64,000 bases of DNA from Saccostrea cucullata (Eukaryota). The notes under the pieces are model-generated. The model ran no database searches. It worked only from the letters and a program-made list of their open reading frames with translations, and was not told the DNA's origin. A program made the translations under genes and the position numbers. Each line of letters begins with the position of its first letter. Position 1 is the stretch's first letter. The stretch is taken from positions 124,001-188,000 of the forward strand of contig NW_026932690.1 in NCBI RefSeq assembly GCF_032062105.1, in the 5' to 3' direction. Shown piece after piece: positions 61,301 through 64,000 of the stretch.

Positions 61301-64000
61301 GCGAGTACAGTGTAATATACACAGAGGTAAAGTCAAATAAACAAAAAGCATGTCACATTAATATAGGGTAAGGCTTGGATGGGTGACATTAATAGTTTGT
61401 ATGTCACTTTATATAGAGTTAGCTGCGATAATATAGCCCTCTCCTTTTTTGGGGAGAGGGGGGCAAGTCACATGAATAAAGAATAAGTGCACAAGCGTAA
61501 CCATTGAAATAGCTTTGGGCAAAGTGTTTCAAACCAGTTAAGCTGATGTTACATGCAAACCTGATTATGTGTTTCAGATGACCCACATTTCTGTGTTACC
61601 AGTAGAACTCCTGAACTACATCCTACGCTGGGTCGTCTCTGTAGACCTGGACATGAAGTCCCTGGAAAATTTCTCCGAGGTAGAGATCGTATTACAGGGA
61701 TTTATCGTTTATTGTTTTAATACATGAATGTATATTTCTCTAGGTTTGCTAATGAACATGTATGTTACAGGTGTGTCGGGGTTTTTATCTTGCCGCTAGG
61801 GATGAGGGAATTTGGCGGTCAGCCTGTTTGAAAGCCTACGGGGCCAGTACTGGAAAGTGTAAGAAGTACGGGGGCTGGAGGAACATGTTTATTCAGCGAC
61901 CACATCTCTTGTTTAATGGTCAGTGTCGAGATGTCATTTCTATTGGGTTTATGGTTTATATTGTTTTTTCTTCAAGTTGTTCTTTTTTATTATACCCCCC
62001 CCCGCAAACGAAGTTTGGGGAGGGGTATATAGGAATCACCTTGTCCGTCTGTCCGTCCGTCCGTCTGTCTGTGCAATCGTGTCCGGTCCATATCTTTCAT
62101 ACAGAGGGACTTTAGAATCTACTACTCCACACAAAGATTGCCTATGACCTAAGGGTGTGTCATGACCTTGACCCAAGGTCATTTGGAGAAGTTCAAGGTC
62201 ACTGGAAGAAAAATTTCATAATTCGTGTCCAGTCCATATCTTTCTTATGGATGAACTTGGTATGTTCTCATTTCACACAAAGATTGCCCATGACCCAAGA
62301 GTGTGTCATGACCTCAACTCAAGGTCATTTGGGGAAGTTCAAGGTCACTGGAAGAAAAATTTCATAATTCGTGTCCAGTCCATATCTTTCTTATGGATGA
62401 ACTTGGTATGTTCTCATTTCAAACAAAGATTGCCCATGACCCAAGGGTGTGTCGTGACCTCGACTCAAGGTCATTTGGGGAAGTTCAAAGTCAATGGAAG
62501 TAACATGTATTTTTGTTCTCATTTCACACAAAGATTGCCCATGACAGGGTGTGTCATGACCTTGACCCAAGGTCATTTGGGGAAGTTCAAGGTCACTGGA
62601 AGAAAAATTTCATAATTTCTGTCTGGTCCATATCTTTCTTATGGATAAATTTGGAAGGTTGTCATTTCACACAAAGAATGACCCAAGGGTGTGTCAATAT
62701 ATTTTAAGGTCACTGGAAGAAAAATTTCATGATTTGTGTCCGGTCCAACTTATGGATAAATGGATGTTCTCATTTCACACAAAGATTGCCCATTAAGGGT
62801 GTGTCATGACCTTGACTCAAGGTCATTTGGGGAAGACAAGGTCACTGGAAGAAAAATTTCATGATTATCTTTCTTATGGATAAACTTGGTAGGTTCTCAT
62901 TTCACACAAAGATTCATGACCTAGGGTGTGTCATGACCTTGACCCAAGGTTATTTGGGGAAGTTCAAGGTCACTGGAAGAAAAATTTGAATTAGTGTCTG
63001 GTCCATACTTATGGATAAAAATTTGATTTCACACAAAGTTAAAGGGTGTGTCAGTTGACCCAAGGTTATTTGGGGAAGTTCAAGGTCACTGGAAGAAAAA
63101 CTTTCTTCCTGTTTGAAACATATTTTGGAAAAAAATTCCTTTGTTTGTAGTTTGGACAGTTCTAGTTCTCACTGGAGCAATAAGAAGATTCCTGCATTTG
63201 ATTTACTTTTCGATGTTACAAGGAGCTGCGGAGCTGCCCAAATATATTCATGATAAATTATTTTAAATTTTTATGAGCAAGTCCATTCTCAAATGACTAT
63301 TTTTTATAACTAAATCTAACTTGCTTCATTGATGATAAGTTGGAAAGAGGTATGCTTATATGATGCTGCAAGTAACATGTATTTTTGTTTGCAAAATGGA
63401 CATAGATGTAACTAAATGGATTTTACTTAAATTTCATCAGTTATGAGACTTATGACAACTTGATTTCAGATGGGCTATGTACTCTTTCATATACCCATGT
63501 TTATCATTTGAATGAGACTTAAACTTAATGCCAGTTTTTATTATATCATTTGTAGGGGTTTACATCAGTAAGCTGTCTTATGTCAGAGCTGGAGAGAAGA
63601 GTTTAACAACATATATAGTTGATACATCAGATTGTTCCCAGATGGTCAGTCTAAATTAATTACAAGGAGATTGGGAAGGAAAAGCGTATGTGCCGTCTCC
63701 TTGTTAATGTTTTGATATATAGGACCAGTATGTGTGTCTTTGAAAGCTCAAGACAAAACTTTAATGATAATATCATATTTACACATCTAGATGTATATTA
63801 TGAAATGTAAGGATACCATTAAAATTGAATATTACTGTTTAGAAGTCTCAGTATTTGTCAAAGCCACTTTTCAATATCATGTTGTGATGTAAACGTTATT
63901 CCCTATAAAGATGTTTCTGGTTATAGGTGTAATAATGATACTGACCAGCCCCGATGATCCACATAACGTGATTCCCAAACTGAAGATGAAGTCTTCCAAG
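56909..64000 (+). CDS. FBXO9: F-box only protein 9 (3' partial; one exon frameshifted in this assembly)
   Basis: Exons 56909-56911 (ATG, tentative), 59296-59484 ('ELSDFRCQWQQEI'), 59659-59716, 59998-60081 ('YEAVEFYKRATQLVPDIEF'), 60242-60272, 60509-60617, 61578-61679 (F-box 'HISVLPVELLNYILRWVVSVDLDMKSLE'), 61771-61918 ('VCRGFYLAARDEGIW..WRNMFIQRP'), 63556-63644 ('GVYISK..YVRAGEKSL / YIRLFPDG') and 63927-64000. Confidence 0.93.
57782..57969. mobile_element. Tc1/mariner (Tigger-like) MITE
   Basis: TA|CAGTGGACCTTCAGATATCCGGA ... CTGGATAAATGAGGCTCCACTG|TA. Internal ATCCGGAC repeats. Confidence 0.85.
58273..59113 (+). mobile_element. Helentron/HINE-type element with ~160-170-bp satellite-like internal repeats
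   Basis: T-run + AGCTCACCTGAGCCGAAGGCTCAAGTGAGC hairpin, (GTCC)n microsatellite, repeated TTCTCAAGAACCACTGG units, and 3' CTCAGGTG..GGCCCATGTGCCTCTTGTTT. Confidence 0.88.
60609..61340. repeat. Minisatellite, ~40-bp unit (dimer of ~20 bp) AAACAAAGGGTAAGTCAAAAAACCAAGAGG(A/G)TTAGTCAAAT
   Basis: Directly visible. Begins in the last codons of FBXO9 exon 60509-60617 and decays distally. Confidence 0.97.
61985..63105 (+). mobile_element. Helentron/HINE-type element with ~145-bp tandem repeats
   Basis: TATACCCCCCCCGCAAACGAAGTTTGGGGAGGGGTATA hairpin, (GTCC/GTCT)n microsatellite and repeated TGTGTCATGACCTTGACCCAAGGTCATTTGGGGAAGTTCAAGGTCACTGG. Confidence 0.85.

Noticed and set aside
61923-62707. Repetitive ORFs in the FBXO9 intron
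   Set aside because: They are translations of Helentron tandem repeats.

Overview
AT-rich, intron-rich eukaryotic DNA. The repeat families suggest a bivalve mollusc, probably an oyster; this is inference, not a database result. Five spliced protein-coding genes were reconstructed by hand from splice sites and reading phase: (1) a minus-strand cyclic-nucleotide-binding-domain protein (CNBD2-like, 9107-19755); (2) a minus-strand alpha/beta-hydrolase-fold protein whose nucleophile Ser appears to be replaced by Gly (28050-31724); (3) a head-to-head plus-strand TRIM/RBCC protein with filamin-like plus SPRY-like C-terminus (32429-36308); (4) a 16-exon type I membrane protein with tandem ependymin/LolA-like domains, a mucin/Cys-rich stalk and an NPxF tail (37771-50462); (5) FBXO9 (56909 to window end, with a frameshifted exon). 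Introns and intergenic DNA are packed with transposon remains: a mariner, Penelope-like RT fragments, Helentron-type elements carrying satellite arrays, TTAA-flanked elements and many MITEs, including a triple nest. The most notable observations are a complete ~400-bp LTR mini-retroelement whose LTRs contain tRNA-like Pol III boxes, two independent minisatellites that amplify the 5' splice site of their host exon, and an intronic satellite carrying repeated RFX X-boxes inside a putative flagellar gene. All family assignments come from motif recognition; no searches were run.
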